Assembly (NCBI RefSeq): GCF_036971445.1
Contig: NC_091478.1
Location: 79,360,001 to 79,424,000 of the forward strand
Origin: Narcine bancroftii
Taxonomy: Eukaryota
Reading direction: 5' to 3'
Length of the DNA stretch: 64,000 nt
Part shown: piece after piece, positions 51,131-62,469 of the stretch
Layout of the letters: each line of letters starts with the position of its first letter
Position numbering within the stretch: position 1 is the stretch's first letter
Notes under the pieces: model-generated
Told to the model about the DNA's origin: nothing
What the model saw: only the letters and a program-made list of their open reading frames with translations
The model's database searches: none
Translations under genes and position numbers: made by a program

Positions 51131-53419
51131 TTGTAAATGCTTTTGTTTCCTTCAACATTTTTGACATCTCCATTCTTGTTTGGGTCTGCAGTGTAGGGAA
51201 GTGTGATACATAGTCTACATTCCATCAGAAGCTCAGCAGGTGACCTGCCATGTTCAAGTGGGGAAGCTCTGCAACTCAGAGCTAAATAAAGATCTGAGCC
51301 ATTGTCTCATTCTTTCTTGAGCAATTGTTTAACTATGTGAATTCCTTTCTCTGCTTTACCATTTGACTGTGAATGCAGAGGACTTGAAGTCAAATGTTCT
51401 GGAATTCTCTATAGCTATAGCATGGTCCATTGTCACTGTAGACAACTTGAGGTATTCTATGTCTTGTAAAGATTGATTTCATATATTTGATCACACAGGC
51501 AGCAGATATATTCGGAAGCAGCAAAATCTCCAGATAGTTTGATAAATAATCAATAACCAGCAAGTAATCATTTCCATCCATGTGGAACAGAGCAGTCCCA
51601 ACTTTCTGCCATGGTTCTGCTGCTACATCAGTTATGGTCATGGTTTCATTTCTCTGCTTTGCATGATGTTTCTAATAGGACTCACAGCTGGAAATCATCA
51701 TTTCAATATCAGCAATTATCCCTGGCCAATAAACAGCAGTTCTGGCCCTCCTCTTGCATTTTTCCATTCCCCTCATGCACCCTTTAAAGCATCTCATCAC
51801 AGTGATTGAGGAGTGATGATTTTTCTCTGTCTGAGTAGAAGCCTATTGACAACACTCAGCTCAGCTCTGATAGTGTAGTATGGCTGACATTCACCTACAT
51901 CTGTGGGCCATGCTTCATTCAGATTCTTGTTGACCTACCATAGAACTGTGTCCTTTTCTGTTTCAGCTGTGATCTGCTTGGATTTCATGTCAGATATGGG
52001 AAGAAATTCAGTGATCAGGTTTACATGGAGATTCACATCCGTCTCTGTGGAACTCTCATTGTGTGCTTCACTCTGTGTCATTTCCCTAGACAATGCTTCA
52101 ACTAACAGTAACTTTCCCTGGTGTGTACAACAATTCAAACTCATAACATTGTAGCTTCATCATCATTCTTTGGATTTTCAGTGATATTTCACTGGGATTT
52201 TTCTTGATTATTGCTATTAATGGCTTGTGGTCTATCTCTGGCACGAATGCAGGTAGACCATACACATAACTGTGGAATTTTTTGAGTTCATAGACCAGAC
52301 CTAGACACTCATTCTCGATCTGTGCACATCAACATTCAGATGTTGTAATTTTCCTTGATGCATATGCTGCAGGCTTCCAATCTTCTCCCACAGCCTGAAG
52401 TAGTACGGCACCTATTCTATTTTTTTGAAGCGTCTGTTGATATTTTCATCCTACTGGTGCGTCAAAGAACGTCAAAAGGACTGGTTGTGTAATTAGAATG
52501 GTTTTCAATCATCGCCAATCTTCCTTGTCTACTTGAATTCACATTTGTCCAGTAACAACGTCCATAGGTACAGTGATTTGGTATGAATTTACCAATAAAA
52601 TTGATAATTCCCAGCACTCTTAGTATGCCCCTTTGTGTCAGTGGGTCTGGGCATCTCTAAAATTGCTTTCACCTTGCTCTTGTCTGGCTCCACAGCTGCC
52701 TCTGATGGTTTATCTCCCAGAAAGGTGATTTCCTTCACACCAAACTGACCTTTTTCTCTGTAACTTTAATTCATACTTCTAGATGCATGTTGTTCTTGTG
52801 TGGATCCCCATAAGATCATGTCATCCATGTAACACACACCCTATTTATGTCTTCTATGATGTGCTTCATTGTCCTGTGGTCAATGAAAACATCAAATTTT
52901 GTGCTTTTAAGTTAAAAAAAAATTAAATGTTGACATACAGCATGGTAACAAGCCTTTTGACCCACAAGTCCATGCTGCCCGATTATGTCCAAATATGTTT
53001 TTTAAGGGAGCTCTCGAAGGAATGCCACACAGATACAGGGTAATATACAAACTCCTTACAGACAGTGTCAGGTTCAAACCCCAGTCTCAATCGTTGATGC
53101 CATAACAGCATTGGGCTCGCTGCGACACTAACCATGCTGCCCCCTAATCTATTAGAATAATAGTCTTGAATTTAGTGACATAGATAAAATTTACTATAAG
53201 TTTGAAGTTCATATAATTGTACAAGTACAACTGGAGAAAACCGCATTCTTCAGTCCTCAGTGTAAAAACATGCAAACACATATTTACAGTACATATATAA
53301 AAATAAATAAATATTGTTAAATTAATAGTAGAGTCTCAGAAGGATTGCATGAGCAGTTCATCTGTTATTCAGTAGTCTCACTGCTCTTGGGAAGAAGGCG
53401 ACACAAGAACTCGAGGACT

Positions 53420-53660
53420 TGAGTTCAGGGTGAAAGATTAAATGTCTAAGGGGAACTTTAGGGGGAATGTCTTCACGTGGATGTTGTGAGAGTGTGGAAG
53501 AGGTGAATGCAGGTTCAATTTCCACATTTAAGAGAAATTTGGACAAATACATGAGTGGGAGAGGCATGGAGGGCGATGGATGGAATGCAGAATAACAATT
53601 CGACAGAGTCTAGGTGGGCCAAAGAGCCTGTTTTTGTGCTGAAGTGTTCTATGGTTTTCC
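53420..53660 (+). mobile_element. CR1 LINE 3' end, decayed
   Basis: Similar to 17420-17697; ttctatggtt tail. Confidence 0.7.
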
Positions 53661-55749
53661 GAAGTGAGATTTCAATCATTTTTTAAATGACCTTTTATGA
53701 TAATGTCAATGATGTCAAGGGCAGCCCAATTGTCCTTGGGTTGGCAATGGTGAACCATGTTCTCGAGCCATTACAATGCTCCTACAGTAGTCATGAGTAA
53801 ATATATTCCCAAATGTAGATGCAATGACACTGAATGAATGATGATACATTTCCAAGCAAGATACTTGTAATAGAGGGAAACTTCCTCAGCCAATAAAAAG
53901 CTATACATTGTTTTGGTTTCCACACACAAATGTCTTTTGGTGTTTTATCAAAGGGTAAGAAGTGTGGATGGTGGTCATTAGTTTTTGTAATATACATACA
54001 GTTACAGGCTGATTATTCATCATTCAAGTGTCAGGCAATGGTCATCTCCTGCAAGAGTACATCTAACCAGCTTATGAACATCTGACATTCAAATCCAAAA
54101 CCATCACTGAATCCTCCATCACCAATGTCCTGGACTGGACCAGTCACTTAAGCAGCAGAGGGAAGGCTGGGAAACCACCATTTTTTCTGCCTTGATTAAT
54201 TCTCCTGGGAAGAATGGAACTTCAACTCCAGCCATCACAGGTATAAAAATATTTCTGCTGAATCACATTATTCATGAGCTCTTCCACCCAATTTGGAAGG
54301 AAGGTTCAGATTTCAGATTTATTGTCAGAGTAAATACACGACTTCACATACCACCCCGAGATACTTTTTCTGCAGGAGAGACAGAATTACCTCTTATTGA
54401 TTACCACGTACTGATTGGTACAATCCTACATTTAATAGATTCAATTACTGTCACTTTCTTTAAGAACAAAAGTAACTACAATAACTGCTGTGGCATTTGG
54501 CTACTCTGCAAAACTGGCAAACGTTTTGTTATTCTCAAAAGATTTCATTGCACGCACATAATGGAGAGAATACCTTTAATCAGATGTTGTTTCCAAACAA
54601 AGCAATAAATCATCAGATCAATCTTCAAGGCTTTTTGAAAAATGCAGAGAACAGAGAAAGCTGCTGTATTTTAAATATCTCATAGTAAGCCTTTGACCTG
54701 GTGTTCGAAAAGAAATTGCTCATGCATGCCAGAATTCTGGGCTCACCATTGTTCTGAGTAAGGCTAAGACACACATTACCATCATCTACTATTATGTTTT
54801 AGGGGTTATCGCTAAAGTTAGTCACTTGAGACACTCCAATACCAATGACCTCTGACTTGTTACACACATTACTCTGGGTATTAAGAAATCAGCCACAATT
54901 TTTCCAGGCTTTTAAAAAGGGTATGTCTGAATAACAAACTGACTAAGCACATACAGATCAGCCTGTACCATTAGCACCTCTCTGAATGGCAGTTGAAATG
55001 TTCTATAATCAATATAAGAGGCTAATCAACTTCCATACTTGTCAGGTGAACCCTGAACATCTGCCATCCTGGATCCCTAGCCTGCACGTACACACATGTG
55101 CAAACACTGCTATGACAATGATGTGTTTCGTGGCCTGGCTAGCATTGAAGGGTTCACAAAGATGCTGTCTACAGAAAGCTAGCCTCAAGGACCAGTTGGG
55201 TACACACCTGCACTTCAATGTCACATCCAAGAAGGACTTTAAACTGATTAATATGGACAATTGGGAAACACCTGTTTAGGATCGCAGTCACTGGAACTTA
55301 AACTTCCCAATGATTGTGAAATAAGCGAAGACAATCAACACTACACATGGGAGGAAAGAGCCTGTTGGAAGATATGACCTCATCCATATACAAGAACAGC
55401 AAATGTGATTGGGGTTGGCATTTTGTGGGCTTCTGCAATCCAAGCAAAGGCTGCTCCTTACATACTATATTGAAGGCACAGTTTAGGACACAAGTGATGG
55501 GACTGTATTAAACTGAGTGCAGGAGGTTAGTAGCATACTCTGGCATTTAAAGAGGCATTCACCATACTCTCCTTGAGGTTAATGAACACTTTGAAGAAGA
55601 GCACCCAGATCATTCGGCTTGACTCTTGGTATTGCCTGAGGGCACAGAGGAAACATCTTGTTTCTCTCGAATGATACAACAGGACTTCTTAGATTTACCT
55701 GAGGGAGAAAACAACTTTGACTTGTTTTCTAGAACAAGGATATTCCAGA

Positions 55750-55990
55750 ACAGCCATCCCCAACCTTTTTTGGTTCTATGACCTATTTAGGACTCTGCTC
55801 AAAATTTATCAGCCCCTTTCTCTTTGAAACAGTCAAATTTGGTTTCTTTTGTACTTTTCTTCTATTGACTACATTTTAAAAAAAAATCACAAAAATTATG
55901 TTAATCAAGGCGAAATGAAAACAAAGCTTTTACTTCGAGGTGCTGTGGCCCTCAGGGGAGCTGAAGGGCCCACATTAAGAATAGTTGTTC
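55750..55990. mobile_element. hAT-like MITE
   Basis: cagccatccccaacctttttt start and degenerate inverse end aagaatagttg. Confidence 0.45.
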
Positions 55991-56006
55991 CAGATATGAG
56001 AGATGA

Positions 56007-56857
56007 TGTTATATTTTATATTATGTGTAGATATGTTTTTTGGAAGTTAGATTGTGAGGTTTTAGTTAGGTCACAAACAGATACAAACATTTCAAAACCG
56101 ATCTCATTTTAAAATGCAAGACTTATGCATAAGGTAGTGCCTACAAGTCTACAAAGACAATAGATTCCTGTGCTGGAGATTTTCACAACGAGTGCAAATG
56201 GAAGGACCTATCTCTGGAAACTGATAAGATCTCTCATGAATTGATTTTGGGAGTCAGCAAGCTGTTTTGGAAGCTTGTTTGAAACCCCATTTTGAAGATG
56301 GGTTGTGAGTTCTGAGTTCAGCCTGTTCAAATCCCTTATGGTGCATACAAGAGGAGATGGCTGGCTGTGTGGTGTTTCGCCTGAGAGAAGGGAAACAGAA
56401 AAGGAACTCTGTGGTGACCTGAAAGAAAGAGGTTATCATCTGGAAAACCCTTTTGGGGCAAGTTTCTTCAGCAAGACACTGAAGTGGCTGATTGGAAGGA
56501 ATCAGTTTGTGTATGACCAATGAGCAACAAATCTCTCTCTGAAAACCAACAGGAACCTTTGTGAGTGGTAACCATTTACCTTTCAAGCACCAAAGCCTGG
56601 TAAAGATTCATAAATGTTACATTCTGAGCACAGTATAAGAATTGCCAGATTCCGGTGAACTTGGAGGAGTGAGAAGTGAGATTGGACTGTGAATACATGT
56701 ACACTTAGAATTAGAAGGAGTTGTTAATAGTAATAAGTTAAAGTTTGATCCCATTTTTATGTTTAAAGAAAATTAAAAGTAACTTTTGTTTAAGTGACCA
56801 TTTGTCTTGGTGAATTTCTATTGCTGCTGGGTTTTGGGGTCCTCTGGCCTCGTAACA
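56007..56857 (+). mobile_element. Solo LTR, same family as 15888-16862
   Basis: TGTTA...TAACA termini, ATTAAA near the 3' end, long reverse-complement similarity to 15888-16862. Confidence 0.85.
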
Positions 56858-57169
56858 TAGAGCAAACTCAAAATCAAGAATAGCCATTTGGGCTGAAAAT
56901 TAAAATTTTCTTTTCTCAGAGTTGGTGATCCTTTGTATTTTGTTTTTTACCCAAGAAGGTTGTGGAACCATAGTCTTAGAAATAGAATTTAAAATAGAAA
57001 TAAATAGATTTATGGATATTTGAGGAATTGAGAAATATGGGGATAGGATAGGAAAATATTTTCAACTGTAATGTTAGCCATGATTTTGTGGAATACTTTG
57101 GCAGTCTGGAGAGGCTGAATATTCTTGCTCCTATTTCTTCTATAATTATGTTATTCTCTTTTGTCCATT

Positions 57170-59388
57170 AGACCATAAGACATAGGATCAGAAATAGACT
57201 ATTTAGCCCATCAAGACTGCCCCACCATTCAATCATAAGCTGATCCATTTTTCCACTCAGCCTCACTGCCTGGCCTTCTCATCATAACCTTCTCATCTAA
57301 TCAAGAACCTATCTGTCTCTATCTTAAATGCACCTAATGACTTGGCCACCACAACTGCCTGTAGCAACAAATTCCACAGATTTATAACCCTCTGACTGAA
57401 TAAATTCCTCCACATCTCTGTTCTATGTGGATGTCCTTCAATCCTGAAGTTGTGTCTCTTGCCCCAGATTCTCCCACCATGGATAAAACCCCTTTTACAT
57501 CTACTTTGTCCACATCTTTCAACATTTGAAATGTTTCAATGAGATCCCCCCTCATTTTCCTAAATTCCAATGAATATAGGCCATGATCCTTCAAACACTC
57601 CTCATACGATAACCATTCCATTCCTAGAATCAACCTAGTGAATCTCCTTTGAACCTCTCCAATGTCAGGACATCTTTTCTGAAACAAAGAGCCCAAAACT
57701 GCTAACAATATTCCAAATGAGGTTTCACAGGTGCCTTATGAAGTCTTATCATCACATCCCTACTCTTTTCTATTCCTCTTGAAATGAATACCAGCATTGC
57801 ATTTGTCTTCTTCACCACTGTCTCAACATGCAAGTTTACCTTCAGGCTATCCTGCACAAGGTCACCCTGCCCCTTTACATCTAGGTATTTTTAATTTTCT
57901 CCCCATTTAAAAAATAATCTGGCATTTATTTTTTTTCCGCCAAAGTACATGACCATACAATTTCTGACATTATATGTCATTTGCATCTTCTCTGCCCATT
58001 CTCCTAATCTGTCTAAGTCCTGCAGCTTCACTGTTTCCTCAACATCACCTACTCCTCCACCTACCTTTGTATTGTCTGAAAACTTGGCTACAAAGGCATT
58101 CATTCCATCATCCATATCATTAATGTACAACAACATAAAAGCAACCGCAACATTGACATCTGCGGAATACTATTAGCAATTGGCAGCCAACCCACATATG
58201 ATCCTTGAATTCCAACTTTATGCTTCCTGCCAATCAGTCAATGCTCTACCCACAGTAGTGTTTCCTATTATACCATGGGCTCTTATCTTGTTAGGCAGCC
58301 TCATGTGCAGGAACTTGTCAAATACCTTCTGAAAATCCAAAGACAACATCCACTGCATCTCCCTTATCCAGCCTGCTTGCCACTTTCTCAAATAATTCCA
58401 ATAGGTTTATCAAACAAAATTTTCCCTGAAGGAAACCATGCTGTCTTTGTCCTATCCAGGCATGTGCTTCTAACTACTCTGTAACCTCATCCTTGACAAT
58501 CGACTCCAACATCTTTCCAACACTGACGTCAGGCTAACCAGCCTATCATTCCTTTTCTGCTGCCTCCCTCCCTTCTTGAATAGTGGGGTGACATTTGTGA
58601 TTTTCTAGTCCTCTGGGACCATGCCAAAATCTAATGATTCCTGGAAGATAATTACCAATGCTTCAGCAATCTCTACTACTACACCTTTCAGGACACAAGG
58701 GTGCAATCCATTTGATCCAGGTGACTTATCCGTCCTTAGATAATTCAGCTTTCTGAGCATCTTCTTCATTGAAATATTAACTGCCCCCACTTCCTTTCCC
58801 TGATACCCTTCAACATCTGGCATACTGCTAATGTCTTCCACAGTGAAAACTGATGATAAATACTCATTTAGTTCCTGTCATCTCATTATTATTTCTCCAG
58901 CATCACTTTGTGTTTCTATATCTAATCTCTCATCTCTTTTATTCTTTATATACGAGTACTTGACAAAGCTTTTGGTATCCTTCTGATATTATTTGCTAGT
59001 CTACTTTCATACTTCATCTTTTCCCTCCTTATGAGTGTTTTAGTCACCTGTTAAGTTTTTTTTTAAAACAGGAAATCCTCTATCTTCCCACTAACTTTTA
59101 CTTCTTTCTAGGCCTTCTTTTTTGATTTTGCATTGGCTTTGAGTTCCATAGTCAGCCATAGTTGTGACATTTTCCCATTCAAATATTTCCTGTTTTTTTG
59201 GTATGTATTTATCCTGCACCTTCCCCAGAAACTCCATCCACTGCTGCTCTGCCAGTTTCCCAATTAGCACCCCCTTCCAATCTACTTTGCCCAGTTCCTC
59301 TCTCATGACACTGTAATTACCTTTACTCCAGTGAAATATCGACACGTCCGACTTTTGATTCTCCTTGTTAAACCTTAAATTGAACTCG
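57170..59388 (-). mobile_element. CR1 LINE, decayed ORF2 and 3' end
   Basis: KSPGSNGLHP..VPED, YINDMD..AKFSDNTKVGG and VQRRFTRLI..RGDLIETF motifs. Confidence 0.9.
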
Positions 59389-59389
59389 T

Positions 59390-60446
59390 GTAGGATGAGA
59401 TGTTAATATTTCTTTTTGCACTCCTGAGTCTTACTGCTTAGACTCTGCAGGTTAGCCAAATGGTGGCATCTTCTGGGTTATAAAGTGGGTGCCTTCCTTC
59501 CTCAATGTTTCACTGATAGACTCACAACACCTCCAGGGTTCAGCAGTGAATCCCCACGTCACAGGCTCACCACCTAGATGCCATTCACTTACTTGAGGGC
59601 CAAGATGGAATCCTTTCTCCTCATCCAGAGCCACTGACTACCCTTTTCAGCAGCTCTGGAGAGATCTTTGACTGCTTGTTGGTGTGGCTTACTTCACACT
59701 CACAACTCCTAGAGTAGCCTTGGTGTCAATGTGGCTACAAACGCTCTGCAGCCTATTTCAACCAGTCAGACCCTTGCCTTCCAGTCATGTTGCTGCACAT
59801 CAGCTGCAAGCTCAGCACACCTCAGTTTCTTGCGCTAATAGGCCTCCTTCACTGCATCATCCCAGGGCACTGTAAGCTCGATGATGTAAACAAGATGGAG
59901 TGAGGAATACCACAGCACAAAGTCTAGTCTGAGATTGGTTTCCAACATTTTATTTGGGAAGCAGAGCCTCTGGCTGAAGCGTGCCACCATCTTCCAATCA
60001 TGTGCTCCGTCTAGCTGCCCGGTAACTGATCTTGATGTGGTGATTCCAGCTTGACCTTCACCTTCTTGGACAAATGCTGTTAATGGGCAGCAGGATGAAG
60101 GGGGAGGTAGAGTGTTAACACACATCTGCTGATTTTCTAGCACTGCTGCAAGACACCATAGCATCTGGTCATGATGCCAGGTGTATCAGCTTTGAAAGAA
60201 GCTGGTGTTGCAGTCCACTGAAATATGTTTTAGTGTTGCTGAAGTCAGGCAGATGGAGCATGTAGGGTCCTCACCATACCACTGAGATTCATGGTAGACA
60301 GCAAGACATCATGCAGCCCTGAAGGTGAAACTCATTCTGAATGTCTCCATCTCCCACAGCTCTTTCCAGGAGATTTTCTGTTTCTCCACTCTCCCATTTC
60401 ATCCATTGCCCTTGCCTTGTCTGAGTGACGGCCTTTGTGTACGGTT
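59390..60446 (-). mobile_element. HERO-like (R2 superfamily) non-LTR retrotransposon 3' fragment with restriction-like endonuclease
   Basis: C..C......HI...C knuckle, WHHDQML (RHD motif), LRLDFVLW (PD-type), IIELTVPWDD..KEAY. Confidence 0.82.
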
Positions 60447-61597
60447 GTGCACGGTTGGAGGCGAGATCAGCCCACTGGCGGTGGTCAATGTGGCAGGCAC
60501 CAAGAGATTTCTTTAAGCAGTCCTTGTACCTCTTCTTTGGTGCACCTCTGTCTCGGTGGCCAGTGGAGAGCTCGCCATAGAACACGATCTTGGGAAGGCG
60601 ATGGTCCTCCATTCTGGAGATGTGACCCACCCAGCGCAGTTGGGTCTTCAGCAGCATGGATTCGATGCTTGCGGACTCTGCCAGCTCGAGTACTTCGATG
60701 TTGGTGATGAAGTCATTCCAATGAATGTTGAGGATGGAGCGGAGACAGCGCTGATGGAAGCGTCCTAGGAGCCGTAGGTGATGCCGGTAGAGGACAAATG
60801 ATTCGGAGCCGAACAGGATCGTGGGTATGACAACGGCTCTGTACATGCTGATCTTTGTGTGTTTCTTCAGGTGGTTGTTTTTCCAGACTCTTTTGTGTAG
60901 TCTTCCAAAGGCGCTATTTGCCTTGGCGAGTCTGTTGTCTATCTCTTTGTCAATCTTTGCATCAGATGGAATGGTGCAGCCGAGGTAGGTAAACTGGTTG
61001 ACCGTTTTGAGTTCAGTGTGCCCAATGGAGATGTGGGGGGGCTGGTGGTCATGGTGGGGAGCTGGCTGATGGAGGACCTCAGTTTTCTTCAGGCTGACTT
61101 CCAGGCCACACATTTTGACAGTTTCCGCAAAATAGGATGTCATGCGCTGGAGAGCTGGCTCTGAATGGGCAACTAAAGCGGCATCGTCTGCAAAGAGTAG
61201 TTCACGGACAAGTTGCTCTTGTGTCTTGGTGTGAGCTTGCAGGCTCCTCAGATTGAAGAGACTGCCATCTGTGCGGTACCGGATGTAAACAGCGTCTTCA
61301 TTGTCGAGGTCTTTATTGGCTTGTTTCAGCATCGTGCTGAAGAAGATAGTAAAGAGGGTTGGTGCGAGGACGCAGCCTTGCTTCACGCCGTTGTCAATGG
61401 AGAAGGGTTCGGAGAGCTCATTGCTGTATCTGACCCGACCTTGTTGGTTTTTGTACAGTTGGATAACCATGTTGAGGAACTTGGGGGGGCATCTGAGGCG
61501 CTCTAGTATTTGCTAAAGCCCTTTCCTGCTCACAGTGTCAAAGGCTTTTGTGAGGTCAACAAAGGTGATGTAGAGTCCTTTGTTTTGTTCTCTGCAT
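60447..61597 (-). mobile_element. RTE LINE RT region with a 340-codon open frame, lacking its own 3' end
   Basis: FVDLTKAFD, GVKQGCVLAPTLF, LLFADDAAL, FTYLG and QLRWVGH motifs in ORF 60289..61470 and just upstream. Confidence 0.93.
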
Positions 61598-61954
61598 CAA
61601 TGAGCCATCAATGAGAACAAGCACAATAATGGTGATTAAACACAAGAAAATATACACAATTTAGCTCCATTTATCTTTTTAGTCCAGTTCTGTGTCCCCA
61701 TTCAAAAGCAGCAGTGGCTAGATTCAAACTTTGAAATCAGATCAATAACAAGAATGCACTCTTCAAAACATTGAACGAGCTCCAGCGTTAAAATTCAGGA
61801 ATGGATTGGAGGGTCAGTTGTGCCAGCAGGTGAACTCCCAAACTTCTGATTTCTGCACTTCAATGTACAGGTTCATTATTTAAGCATATGCTCACGTTCA
61901 CTGTGTTTTGTCTGGCAGATTTTTATGCTGTTGCATCCCAAAGAGGAGCAGGAT

Positions 61955-62207
61955 TTGGACCGTCTTGCAAAGGAAGCGCCTAAAATCCAGTCAGGGAGTG
62001 AGTAAATCGTGGCTTCGAACTGAACGCAGAACAGGAGAGGCTGGAAGAGCTCAGGTTCAGGATGAAGATGTTGGTCGTTCTCCCCGACCTCTTCGATTTG
62101 GCCCGTCCCACCAGGGTGTCCCCGACAATGGCGAGGAGGAGTATCAAGCCAAAGGTAACGATCTCGGGTCCGATAGATGAACCCGAGTCCCCATCGCTGG
62201 AATTCAT
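61955..62207 (-). pseudogene. Decayed exon 1 of the galanin receptor type 1-like gene (N-terminus, TM1, TM2, start of TM3)
   Basis: MNSSDG..GPEIVTFGLILLLAIVGDTLVGRAKSKRSGRTTNIFILNLS, frameshift, LLFCVQFEATIYSLPDWILGA, frameshift, FLCKTVQ, then homology is lost; CpG-rich. Confidence 0.88.
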
Positions 62208-62469
62208 GGTGTCCAGAAGCCGCGTAATATTGAACCCCGTCCTCACTCCCACCGGGCAGAGTGGGTTCGACTGCCCGGTCGGTGCTCCCGAACGCACGGG
62301 TATTGGAGGTAAGGTGCTGACATCGGCAGGAGGAGCCGATGGACCCGATCCGCTGCCCCCGACACCAGCAGCTCCAGCTCAGTCACGACACCCCACCCTC
62401 AACAGTCCCTCTTCCACTCAGTGTTGAGGATTAATGTCAGCATGCCCTTTCTCTCTTGGAGAGAAAGAC

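Larger units (their letters stand above)
46600..52880 (-). mobile_element. Second Gypsy-type element, 5'-truncated (RT, RNase H, IN, 3' LTR), interrupted by an L1 and an unclassified segment at about 47220-48050
   Basis: YMDDMILWGST at about 52800-52835; PWQKVGTALF..LLVIDYLS..VVYSDNGP (51390..51641); pol end IIKAPTDxxL-like near 47000; PPT aaggaaagggga at about 46854-46865. Confidence 0.78.

Noticed and set aside
55560-55700. Strong minus-strand acceptor (ttttctccctcag) considered as a receptor exon
   Set aside because: The translation examined shows no GPCR similarity and reaches a stop.
60289-61470. 393-aa ORF as a host gene
   Set aside because: It is RTE reverse transcriptase, truncated at both ends and fused to another retroelement.
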